Assembly (NCBI GenBank): GCA_964500825.1
Contig: CAZCQN010000001.1
Span: 1 to 63,120 of the forward strand
DNA length: 63,120 nt
Direction of reading: 5' to 3'
Origin: an uncultured Verrucomicrobiota bacterium
Lineage (GTDB): Bacteria > Auribacterota > JABMQX01 > JAFGEW01
Below, one piece after another: positions 31,975 through 39,612 of this stretch (the first letter of the stretch is position 1; every line of letters begins with the position of its first letter). The notes under the pieces are model-generated. The model saw only the letters and a list, made by a program, of their open reading frames with translations, searched no databases and was not told the DNA's origin. The position numbers were made by a program, and so were the translations under genes.

Positions 31975-33672
31975 TCATGTCGTGGCGAAGAGGAGGACGG
32001 CGAGGCCGAAGAAGACGGCGGTGAGCAGAAGTTTCGTCGTGCCGGTGTGGCGCTGGGCGAGGCGCGCCAGCGAGGCCGACCGCAGGCCGAAGTAGACGAG
32101 CATGAAGATCACGACGAGCGGCAGGATGAACATGACGTTGTAGAGCACCAGATAGCCGAGCGCGTGCAGCCGCAGCGCGGCGTCGCGCAGGACGAAGACG
32201 ATCGTGGGCAGGTAGACTTGGCCGGTGCAAATGGACTCGAGCACAGAGATGGCACAGCCGGTAGCGAGCGCGGCGATGACGAGCTTTCTCGACGAGAGGC
32301 CGCTCCTCATCACATCGTGTATGCGCCGCTGGACGGCGCGCGGGAGCTTGAGTTTCATGTCGGCGCCGGAGCGGTCGCGCCGCCATACCAGGTAGTCATA
32401 GAGGCTGTAGAGGCCGAGTACGGCGGCCAGCGCAGCGATCGCGTACGTGATCCCCTTCGCGATGCCGATGGAGACCGAGAATGCCTGGATCGCCCTGGCG
32501 ATCCCGAGGCCGAGAAGGAAGTACGTGACGAAGACGGCGAGCGTGAAGCACACGCCCACGACGGCGATCTGCCTCCGCGACTTGCCGAACCGTGCGAGCA
32601 GCGAGATGAAGAAGACGATCGTGGCGAACGCGCACGGGTTGATGCCGTCGACAAGACCGGCGCCCGCGATCGCCAGCGGCCCGATGGTACGGAACTTCTC
32701 CAGGACAAGCGCAAACGACGATGAGTCCGGATTGCCCACGCCCGCGACTTCGGGAGGCCACTGGCTGGCCTGGCCGTCATCGAGCCGGGCGCTCACCGTC
32801 GGCCCAAGCTTGGCGTGCACCTCGTCCCACCCGTCGAGCAGCGTCGTGCCGACGTAGATGATCGGCGGCGCATGCTCGATGCGCCCGTACTCCTTCTCCA
32901 TCCTCAGCATGAGCGCATAGCTGTCGAGATCGTCGATCTCGAACAGACGAACCGCCACCCGGCGCTGGGTCTTCTCCAGCTTCTCGAGCGCCTTCCTGGT
33001 GGCGGCGCATTCCTCGCACGTCGACGAGTGGAAGTACGTTATGCAGACCGCCTTGGCTTTGGCGACCGGCTTTGGGGCCGCAATCTCGACGGCAGGAGAA
33101 GTGCTCTCCCGGGAATCGCCCTCTGCGTGCTCGATGAAGCCCGTGATCCGGATGCGTGCGCGGGGATTGGCGGGATCGTTCGACTCGATGTAGATGTACT
33201 TCTTGAGCTTGCCGCGCCGGCCCTTGGTGTCCGTCTCCACCGTGATTGTCGCCCGCTCGCCTGGCTCCAGCGTGTCCTTGTCGACCGAGACCTTGGTGAA
33301 GCACTTGCACGAGCCACGAACGCGCCTGATCTCCAGGCTCTTGCCGCCAGCGTTCTCGACCGGGAACGTCCGGGTAAGCTTCGCGCCCTCTGTCACCGTG
33401 CCGAAGTCCCACTCCGGACGAGGCAGGTTGATGCGCGGCTGGCCTTGGCTTGCCCCATGAGCCGACTGGCTCAGGGCAACGAGCGTGATAAGAACGGCCG
33501 CTGCAAGCCAGAAGAGCGTGGCATTGGACCATCCGTGGAGTCCTTGGTTGCCCGTGCGGCCCCGCCGTCTTGTTGCTGCCTGGGAGTGCTGCACGAAGAG
33601 CTTGCTCGTCGGGTTCTTCGCTTGCCCGCCGGTTCCCCGTCGTCGTTGACCGTCGGAGCGCTTAGCTATCAT
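31975..33672 (-). CDS. Fusion protein: DUF1573-like beta-sandwich, thioredoxin/glutaredoxin-like CxxC module, CcdA/DsbD-type transmembrane thiol-disulfide transporter
   Basis: Start taken at ATG 33672 (GGAGGTGG RBS); the track ORF starts at 33711. WDFGTVTEGAKLTRTFPVENAGGKSLEIRRVRGSCKCFT..LEPGERATITVE (DUF1573-like). CITYFHSSTCEECAATRKALEKL (CxxC). GLVDGINPCAFATIVFFISLL and LESICTGQVYLP (CcdA/DsbD Cys motifs) within 6 or more TM helices. Confidence 0.8.
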   Translation of the reverse strand: MIAKRSDGQRRRGTGGQAKNPTSKLFVQHSQAATRRRGRTGNQGLHGWSNATLFWLAAAVLITLVALSQSAHGASQGQPRINLPRPEWDFGTVTEGAKLTRTFPVENAGGKSLEIRRVRGSCKCFTKVSVDKDTLEPGERATITVETDTKGRRGKLKKYIYIESNDPANPRARIRITGFIEHAEGDSRESTSPAVEIAAPKPVAKAKAVCITYFHSSTCEECAATRKALEKLEKTQRRVAVRLFEIDDLDSYALMLRMEKEYGRIEHAPPIIYVGTTLLDGWDEVHAKLGPTVSARLDDGQASQWPPEVAGVGNPDSSSFALVLEKFRTIGPLAIAGAGLVDGINPCAFATIVFFISLLARFGKSRRQIAVVGVCFTLAVFVTYFLLGLGIARAIQAFSVSIGIAKGITYAIAALAAVLGLYSLYDYLVWRRDRSGADMKLKLPRAVQRRIHDVMRSGLSSRKLVIAALATGCAISVLESICTGQVYLPTIVFVLRDAALRLHALGYLVLYNVMFILPLVVIFMLVYFGLRSASLARLAQRHTGTTKLLLTAVFFGLAVLLFATT

Positions 33673-33914
33673 CCCTGCAGCCACCTCCACGCGAAGACAG
33701 CCCAACCTCACCGAAGACGAATGTGCGCGAGCCGGGAACGCAAGTCAAGAGCGAGCACGTAAGCGCGAGAAGCTCTGCCGGGCAATTGGACGCAAGCAGT
33801 CTCTTGGGGATCACAAGATGAGAGCCAACAAGAGCGTCACCGGACCGTTAGGGACACAAGAGAAAAACAGCACGAAAATGCTTCACAGTTGACGAAAGGG
33901 TGTGTTATGTTGCT

Positions 33915-34180
33915 GTGAGTTCGTGGGAGCGGGCTCTCTGCAACAGAAGACCTAGTTCACCAAATGCACTCCCGCGGCAACTGATGGCCAGAGGTGGTTC
34001 TTCCTGGGGGCGATCTCGTTAACGGGGTTCACCCGCTGAATTGCCCACTGAAGGTGGCTGGACGTGGCGACGCTGCAGCGGGAGAAACGACTCAGGGTCA
34101 GACCTGATGAGGGCGCTGACCTGGGTCATGAGGGCGACTCTGAAGCCCCGCGCCTGTGATGGGTGCGGGGCTTTTCGTGT
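33915..34180 (+). ncRNA. Candidate orphan small RNA or 5' leader ending in an intrinsic terminator (family not identified)
   Basis: 520-nt non-coding gap between divergent genes. A clear + strand terminator at 34143-34180 lies about 50 nt before the RBS of the 34232 gene. Internal helices include CCCGCTG(34032)/CAGCGGG(34076) and GGTCAG/CTGACC (34096-34121). The start coordinate is a guess; TTGACG at 33889 has no convincing -10. Confidence 0.3.
34143..34180 (+). terminator. Rho-independent terminator
   Basis: 9-bp GC-rich stem AAGCCCCGC (34143-34151) / GCGGGGCTT (34165-34173), 13-nt loop, followed by TTTTCGTGTT. Confidence 0.7.
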
Positions 34181-34231
34181 TCTGGTGAGATGACACAGGC
34201 TTCTGGTGAGCTGACGGAAGGAGGCTAGACC

Positions 34232-35698
34232 ATGGCGTTCATTCGTAAGCACAGGTTGGTGATGGTGCCGCTGGGCGTCGCGGCGGTCGTGGTGATGGGG
34301 GTACTCATGCTGCTGCCGTCAAAGTCCGAGGAGCCAGCTGCGCAGCCCTCTTTGGCGGAGCAGGTGCGTTGGTTAACGAGGGAAGCCGACGACCCACAAG
34401 CCGCGATTGCGCTGGCCCAGCAGTATCTGGCGGCAGACCCCACGCCGACGATGGAGCGCCAGCGCGTCCACTACGAGTTGGCGGTCGGGTACTGGTTCGC
34501 CGAGGACCACGCGGCGGCTCTTGCCACATTCCGCCAGGTGGTGGCCGACTACCAGAACGTCGAGCTCGACAGAACCTCGGCCGACTTCAAGGTCGACGAC
34601 GCGCAGTTCTTCGTCGGCCGTTTCGAACTCGACCACGGGGATCGGGCCGAAGGTCTTGAGGCGCTGGCGCAGCTGATCGCCGGCTTCCCGGAGTCGGACC
34701 GCCGGCCCGAGGCGATGCACGCGCTTGCGTGCGAGCTGGCTATCGACGGTCAATTCGAGCAAGGCCGGGCGCTCGCGCTCAGTCTTGCGACCGACTATGT
34801 CGGCAACCCGCTCGAGCCGCAGGCGTTCCACTATGCGGTGGCCTACCTGCTTTCGCCCGAGGCGAGTGGGCAAGGACCGACCCGGCAGGGAACGCTCAAC
34901 AAGCAGGAGCAGACGGGCAATCTCGCGGAAGCGAAGACATACGTCGAGGCGCTGATCAGCAGGCACCCGAACGCGCCCGAGACGGTGATGTCCGTTCAGC
35001 AGGTGATGTGGCACTACGCCTACGTCACCTTTGAATACGAAGAAGCCGAGCCGTGGGCGCGGCGCATCATCGAGTTGTTCCCCGGCACGAGGGCGGCGGC
35101 GGAAGCGCACCTCGATCTCGCTAAGCTGGGCGTGCACGTGCGCGAGGATTTCGACGCAGCCTATCCGCTCATCGACGAGGCAATGGCGTGGGCACTCGGG
35201 CACGAGGACTGGGGCCTCCTCGCCATGGCGATGCATGCCAGAGGCCAAGTCCTCAACAGGGAGCAACGTTTCGACGAGGCGCGCGAGGCTTTCCTCGAGA
35301 CGCTTGCCTTCGTTGACGAGCATGCTGAGGCCGAGTGGCTACGCATTGAGACCAAAGCCGACTACGCAGGCGCTTACTTCAGCGAGGGGGAGTGGCTCGC
35401 CGCGCAAGATGAGACCGCGGCGGCGCAGGCCAACTATGTCGCGGCGTCACAGGAATACGCCGCGGCCGTCAACCGGCACGCCGACGACGTTGGCTGGGCG
35501 CCGTACCTGAAGTTCCGGCTCGGCCTCTCCTACCTGAAAGCCGGCGACCGTGCGGGAGCAAGACAGACCTTTCTGCGATTGGTCGACGAGTATCCGGACA
35601 ACAACTGGGCGTGGCTGGCCTTCAGCTACATGGACCTGGGTCGGCCCCGTCCGGAACGACCTGCCGCCGTGCGGATCGACGAGGAGGAAAACCAATGA
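34232..35698 (+). CDS. Membrane-anchored TPR-like repeat protein
   Basis: 488 aa. GGAAGGAGG RBS. N-terminal TM (LVMVPLGVAAVVVMGVLMLL). Repeated helical pairs with a TPR-like A/Y/F pattern (ELAVGYWFAEDHAAALATFRQVVADY.., RLGLSYLKAGDRAGARQTFLRLVDEYPDN). Confidence 0.7.
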   Translation: MAFIRKHRLVMVPLGVAAVVVMGVLMLLPSKSEEPAAQPSLAEQVRWLTREADDPQAAIALAQQYLAADPTPTMERQRVHYELAVGYWFAEDHAAALATFRQVVADYQNVELDRTSADFKVDDAQFFVGRFELDHGDRAEGLEALAQLIAGFPESDRRPEAMHALACELAIDGQFEQGRALALSLATDYVGNPLEPQAFHYAVAYLLSPEASGQGPTRQGTLNKQEQTGNLAEAKTYVEALISRHPNAPETVMSVQQVMWHYAYVTFEYEEAEPWARRIIELFPGTRAAAEAHLDLAKLGVHVREDFDAAYPLIDEAMAWALGHEDWGLLAMAMHARGQVLNREQRFDEAREAFLETLAFVDEHAEAEWLRIETKADYAGAYFSEGEWLAAQDETAAAQANYVAASQEYAAAVNRHADDVGWAPYLKFRLGLSYLKAGDRAGARQTFLRLVDEYPDNNWAWLAFSYMDLGRPRPERPAAVRIDEEENQ

Positions 35699-37437
35699 AC
35701 CGCTCAACGACGTGTGGAGCCTACGGCGTTCTTCTCGCCGCCTGTGCGCTCGTGGCCGGCGTGGCCTTTGGGCCGGCGCGGGCCCTGGCAACGGAGGGCG
35801 GTCCGATCGAGTTCGATGAAGAGCTGACCGTGAAGATCGAAGGAGATGACCAGGCGCTGGAGGGCGATTGCGCTATCGCACGCGGGCAGACGTTCTACGT
35901 CAGCGTCGAGGTGTGGGACCCGGACGCTGTGCAGGATCCGGGCATCGTCATGGACGAGATCGTGTGGGTCAAGTGGTACCGGCGCAAGCAGAACGCCGAC
36001 GAGACATGGCCCGACTGGAACGAAGTGGACGAGGACTCATCGCCATCCTATGTCGGCAGTGGGCACTACGAGAGCACGCTGGAGCAGACCATTACCGAGG
36101 ACGGCGTCTATCAATTCCGCGCCAAGGCCGAGGACGAGGGCAGCCCCTACAATGATCCCGTTGGGGTCTCTCCCACGAGCTCAGAAGTCTCCATTTATGG
36201 CGTCGAATACGTGATCGCGTTGCCGAATCCTGAGGAAGTCAAGGCCGGCAACGATGTCGAGCTCACCGGGAAAGCGTACAACAAAGGCCCGAACGGTGAG
36301 CGCTACTATGACACTCACGGCAGCCAAATCAGCGGTCAGTCAGATGATGACATCGAACTGAACGCCTCGTTTGAGTGGGCCGTTAGTCCGGCGCTCGGCA
36401 CACTCGATCCGACAGATGGCGTCTCGACCACCTTCAGCGCCGGCCAGGAAGGGGGCACCTGCAGCGTCACGGCGACGCATGACTCGAACGATATCTCAGG
36501 CTACTCGCAAGTCACCGTGTACGTTGTCGATTACGTGCTCGTCAGCTCGAATCCGACCTGTGTCGAGGTCGATGACGACGTCGGGATCAGCGCGACGGCC
36601 TACAGCTGCGGTCGAAACGGTGAACGCTATTACGACGAGTATGGTAACGCGATCGATGGTCAGCCCGATGACGACGTCGTGATGGGCGGTACGTTCAACT
36701 GGTCGGTCAGTCCCACACGCGGCACGTTCGATCCAAGCACCGGCACGTCGACAACGTTCACCGCCGGCGGTGTCGCGGGTTGGTGTACGGTCACAGCCAC
36801 CCATGTAACGAGCGGTGTTCCCGGCAGTGCGGACGCCCTGGTCTACGAGGACAATAACGGCGAGCTTACCGATGAAGTGGTGCTCGTCACCGTGTCGCCC
36901 GCGCAGACTTATCTGTGCGAGGGTCAGCAACAGCAGTTCGAAGGGCACGCTTGGAAGCAAACTGGGGAGGAACTGGACGGGGCGACGTTCACCTGGTCGG
37001 TCCTCAATTCCGCAGTCGGCACGCTTGATCCGAGCAGCGGTGCTTCAACAACCCTGACCGCTGGCACGAGCCCCGTCTGCGGCAGCGTCACCGCGAGCCA
37101 CTCGAGCAGCGGCGAATCCGGCAGCGCCATCGTGATCGTAGATGGCGTCTATACGACGTCAGAAAGCCTTGTTTTCTACGTGGACTTCACGTCGAGCAGC
37201 GAAGATTGGGCGATCAAGATCGACGATGCCGAAGAGGAATCTGGCAGCGGGGATATCTCCGGGGTAAGCATCGATCTGGACGAGTTGGACAATGGCGAGG
37301 ACTACACGGTGCTTATCGACTTTGAGGGCACAGATATCGACGACATCGAATTCACGATTACTATCGATGAGAACGACAACGACCTGGGCCTGACCATCGA
37401 TGACCCGGATACCGATGAGTCAATCTCCGGGTTCTGA
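35695..37437 (+). CDS. Secreted protein with four tandem bacterial Ig-like (Big_2-type) repeats and an acidic C-terminal tail
   Basis: The ATG at 35695 overlaps the previous stop (ATGA), with GAGGAGGAA RBS. Signal peptide MNRSTTCGAYGVLLAACALVAGVAFGPARA. Four repeats of the form W.VSP..GT.DP..G.STTF.AG...G.C.VTATH..S...G.S...V. Confidence 0.75.
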   Translation: MNRSTTCGAYGVLLAACALVAGVAFGPARALATEGGPIEFDEELTVKIEGDDQALEGDCAIARGQTFYVSVEVWDPDAVQDPGIVMDEIVWVKWYRRKQNADETWPDWNEVDEDSSPSYVGSGHYESTLEQTITEDGVYQFRAKAEDEGSPYNDPVGVSPTSSEVSIYGVEYVIALPNPEEVKAGNDVELTGKAYNKGPNGERYYDTHGSQISGQSDDDIELNASFEWAVSPALGTLDPTDGVSTTFSAGQEGGTCSVTATHDSNDISGYSQVTVYVVDYVLVSSNPTCVEVDDDVGISATAYSCGRNGERYYDEYGNAIDGQPDDDVVMGGTFNWSVSPTRGTFDPSTGTSTTFTAGGVAGWCTVTATHVTSGVPGSADALVYEDNNGELTDEVVLVTVSPAQTYLCEGQQQQFEGHAWKQTGEELDGATFTWSVLNSAVGTLDPSSGASTTLTAGTSPVCGSVTASHSSSGESGSAIVIVDGVYTTSESLVFYVDFTSSSEDWAIKIDDAEEESGSGDISGVSIDLDELDNGEDYTVLIDFEGTDIDDIEFTITIDENDNDLGLTIDDPDTDESISGF

Positions 37438-37460
37438 GGCGACTCGAGGAGAGCATCGTT

Positions 37461-39584
37461 ATGAAGCCAATGCGTCGGAGAGGGCCGTCCTCGATATGGA
37501 AATGCGGGGTCGCGTGCGGAGCCGCTGCGTTGTGCTGGGTTCTGGGTACAGCCATCGCTAGCGGCTCCTCGCTGACGCCGCATGAGGACTACGTGGAGCA
37601 GTACGAAAGCCTCGATCCGTATGACAGGCCGACGGCCTTGGAGTTGCAGGAGGCATTCCTTGCAGAAGCCGAACGGTACATCGAACAGCACCCAGGCGGA
37701 CCAGAGATCGTTCAGGCCAAGCTTAACAAGGCAATTGCCCTGAGCTCGTTTGGCCGAAACGGCGATGCAGAAGCTGACGCGTTGTTCAAGGAGATCCTGT
37801 CTGAGCACCCCGACTCGCCACTGGTCCCTGAGGTGATGTACTACCACGCAGAGCTCCTGTGGCACGGATTCAACAGGAAACGCTGCGACGAGGTTCCGGG
37901 GATCGCGCTTCAGCTCATCGAGCGATTCCCAGAGTCGGCAAAGGCACCCTTGGCACTTGTACAGGTAGCCAACAGCTGGGTTTTCGTCCCCCCAAAGGAT
38001 ACCCAGCGCGCTCGCGCGTTGTGCGAACGCGTCGTGAAGGAGTATCCGGACACGGAGGCCGAGATCGAGGCACGCTGCACTCTGCTAGACCTGGCGGTGA
38101 GAAAGCTTGACGCGAAGCTGGTAGCACAACGTGTTGACGAGCTCCTTGTTCGATTCGCCGACTCGCGCGGCATCGCGCCGCCCGCAGTATGGCGGCGTGT
38201 GTTGCTCCAGCGTGCGAGCATCAGCTGCCGCTGCGTTGGTGACCGGGCGCGCGCCGCCAAGGTGCTCGAGCAGGTCATCACCGCGTTTCCTGGCACGGGC
38301 ATGGAGCTCGAGGCACGCCGCTACCTGATTTGGTCTAACGTGGAGTCCGGCACAACCGAACGCGTCAAAGAGCTAATCGGTGAGCAAGTCAAGCGTTTCA
38401 GAGATAGCCCGGAAATCGTCTCAGCTGACATGTGGTGCTCTCTGCTGCTTGATCACGCTATACGAGCGTGCATACATAGGAAGGTAAAGGACTGGTCACT
38501 GGCAGAATCACTCTGTGCGGCGGTTATCGAGACGTGCCCTGAGTCGCATGGCTGGCTTGCTCGATACGAATTGGGGCACATCGCCGAAGCGAAGGGAGCC
38601 GTCAACGAAGCCATAGACGCTTATGGCGCCATCGTTGAGAAGTGGCTCAGCGAGTCCGCCGAGCCCGGCCCGGAGATCGTCGCCCAGGCCATCGCTCAGT
38701 CCCTGTTCGGCCTGGAGCGGCTCATTGATGGCAAGCCGGACCTGCGGCGAATTGGCATTTTCCTGCGCAAGTACAGGAATACGCCGGCAGCGGTCGGCCT
38801 TGTCAGCAGCGCGGCACTGCGCCTGGGCGAGCGTGACGAGTTGAGCCAAGCAATGGCGCTGAATGAGGAACTCCTCGCTATGCCTGGACAGGCGGCCCTC
38901 TGCCGATACTTGTCGACCATCGACCGCATGTTTCCGCCCAAGCTTGTGATCGCCTCGTGGAACAGGCCGCGGGCGTTGCCGCTTCTCAATGATCTGCTCA
39001 AGGCGGCGCGGTACTGGTCGTCCGCCCGTAAGGACCGGCTGCGGTGCAACATGGTGACCTGGCACAAGACGCAGTCTGTTTTCGACGAGGTGGCCGCGCT
39101 GCAGAAGTACTTCGCGGCCCGGGGTGAGGCCGGCCGCGTCGTCGACGCGCAACTGCTTGCCGTCCATGTAGCTGTTGAAAAGGGGCGCAAGAACCGGGCG
39201 ATCAAGTTAGCCAGCGAGTTGATGGCCCAGGATATCGATCCTGCCACCCGCCATCAGGCCGAGCTTTTATGGCTGTTCGCCGAGTACGAACGGCGAGCCG
39301 ACAAGATTGCAGACACGATTGCCGCACGGATCGAGCAGGCCGACGATCCTGACGAGAAGGCGCTTCTCCATATCCTGCTGGGCATACGTGCGTGGCGCGA
39401 ATTCGAGTTGGACGAAGCGGCGACGCATTTTGGGGCCGCCAAGGCGGTCGCACATGACCAGTATCTGCTGCAGGCAGCCCGGTGCCGATTCGACGCAATA
39501 AGAAAGATCAACGCTGCAGGGCGGACCGCCGAGCTCAAGCGCGCTTCGGCGGGGACGCCCGTATCGGTTACTGGTGAGGAATAA
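37461..39584 (+). CDS. Secreted TPR-repeat protein
   Basis: 707 aa. GAGGAGAG RBS. Signal-like N-terminus GVACGAAALCWVLGTAIASG. All-helical repeats throughout (ALVQVANSWVF.., RARALCERVVKEYPDTEAEIEARCTLLDL..). Confidence 0.7.
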   Translation: MKPMRRRGPSSIWKCGVACGAAALCWVLGTAIASGSSLTPHEDYVEQYESLDPYDRPTALELQEAFLAEAERYIEQHPGGPEIVQAKLNKAIALSSFGRNGDAEADALFKEILSEHPDSPLVPEVMYYHAELLWHGFNRKRCDEVPGIALQLIERFPESAKAPLALVQVANSWVFVPPKDTQRARALCERVVKEYPDTEAEIEARCTLLDLAVRKLDAKLVAQRVDELLVRFADSRGIAPPAVWRRVLLQRASISCRCVGDRARAAKVLEQVITAFPGTGMELEARRYLIWSNVESGTTERVKELIGEQVKRFRDSPEIVSADMWCSLLLDHAIRACIHRKVKDWSLAESLCAAVIETCPESHGWLARYELGHIAEAKGAVNEAIDAYGAIVEKWLSESAEPGPEIVAQAIAQSLFGLERLIDGKPDLRRIGIFLRKYRNTPAAVGLVSSAALRLGERDELSQAMALNEELLAMPGQAALCRYLSTIDRMFPPKLVIASWNRPRALPLLNDLLKAARYWSSARKDRLRCNMVTWHKTQSVFDEVAALQKYFAARGEAGRVVDAQLLAVHVAVEKGRKNRAIKLASELMAQDIDPATRHQAELLWLFAEYERRADKIADTIAARIEQADDPDEKALLHILLGIRAWREFELDEAATHFGAAKAVAHDQYLLQAARCRFDAIRKINAAGRTAELKRASAGTPVSVTGEE

Positions 39585-39612
39585 AGCAGTACGGCTGATT
39601 TCGGAGGTAGGA

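Noticed and set aside
31727-31975. Possible small gene or antitoxin-like ORF on the minus strand between the repeat cluster and the CcdA-like gene (MTLTPGSKEQKTHRKEERGNRTNERVIRGVALIIEQDAVWLPAATT)
   Set aside because: Only about 47 codons, no RBS, no convincing family resemblance, and the frame is interrupted. Left unannotated.
34082-34125. Hammerhead-ribozyme-like core elements (GAAAC at about 34085 and CTGATGAG at about 34103) in the orphan RNA region
   Set aside because: With GAAA as G12-A15.1 and CUGAUGA as C3-A9, I could not form stem III beyond 2 bp, or stem II at all (no complement to GGGCGC next to the GAAAC side). The order and spacing fit no type I, II or III topology. Probably a chance occurrence.
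33915-34180. Identification of the orphan RNA as SRP RNA, 6S, RNase P, tmRNA, or a TPP, cobalamin or fluoride riboswitch
   Set aside because: Partial look-alikes (CAGGGTCAGACC versus the SRP CAGGUCAGGUCC, ACCTGAT versus the TPP box, GCCCACTG versus the B12 box) lack the accompanying conserved elements (GGAA tetraloop, CUGAGA, and others). No call made.
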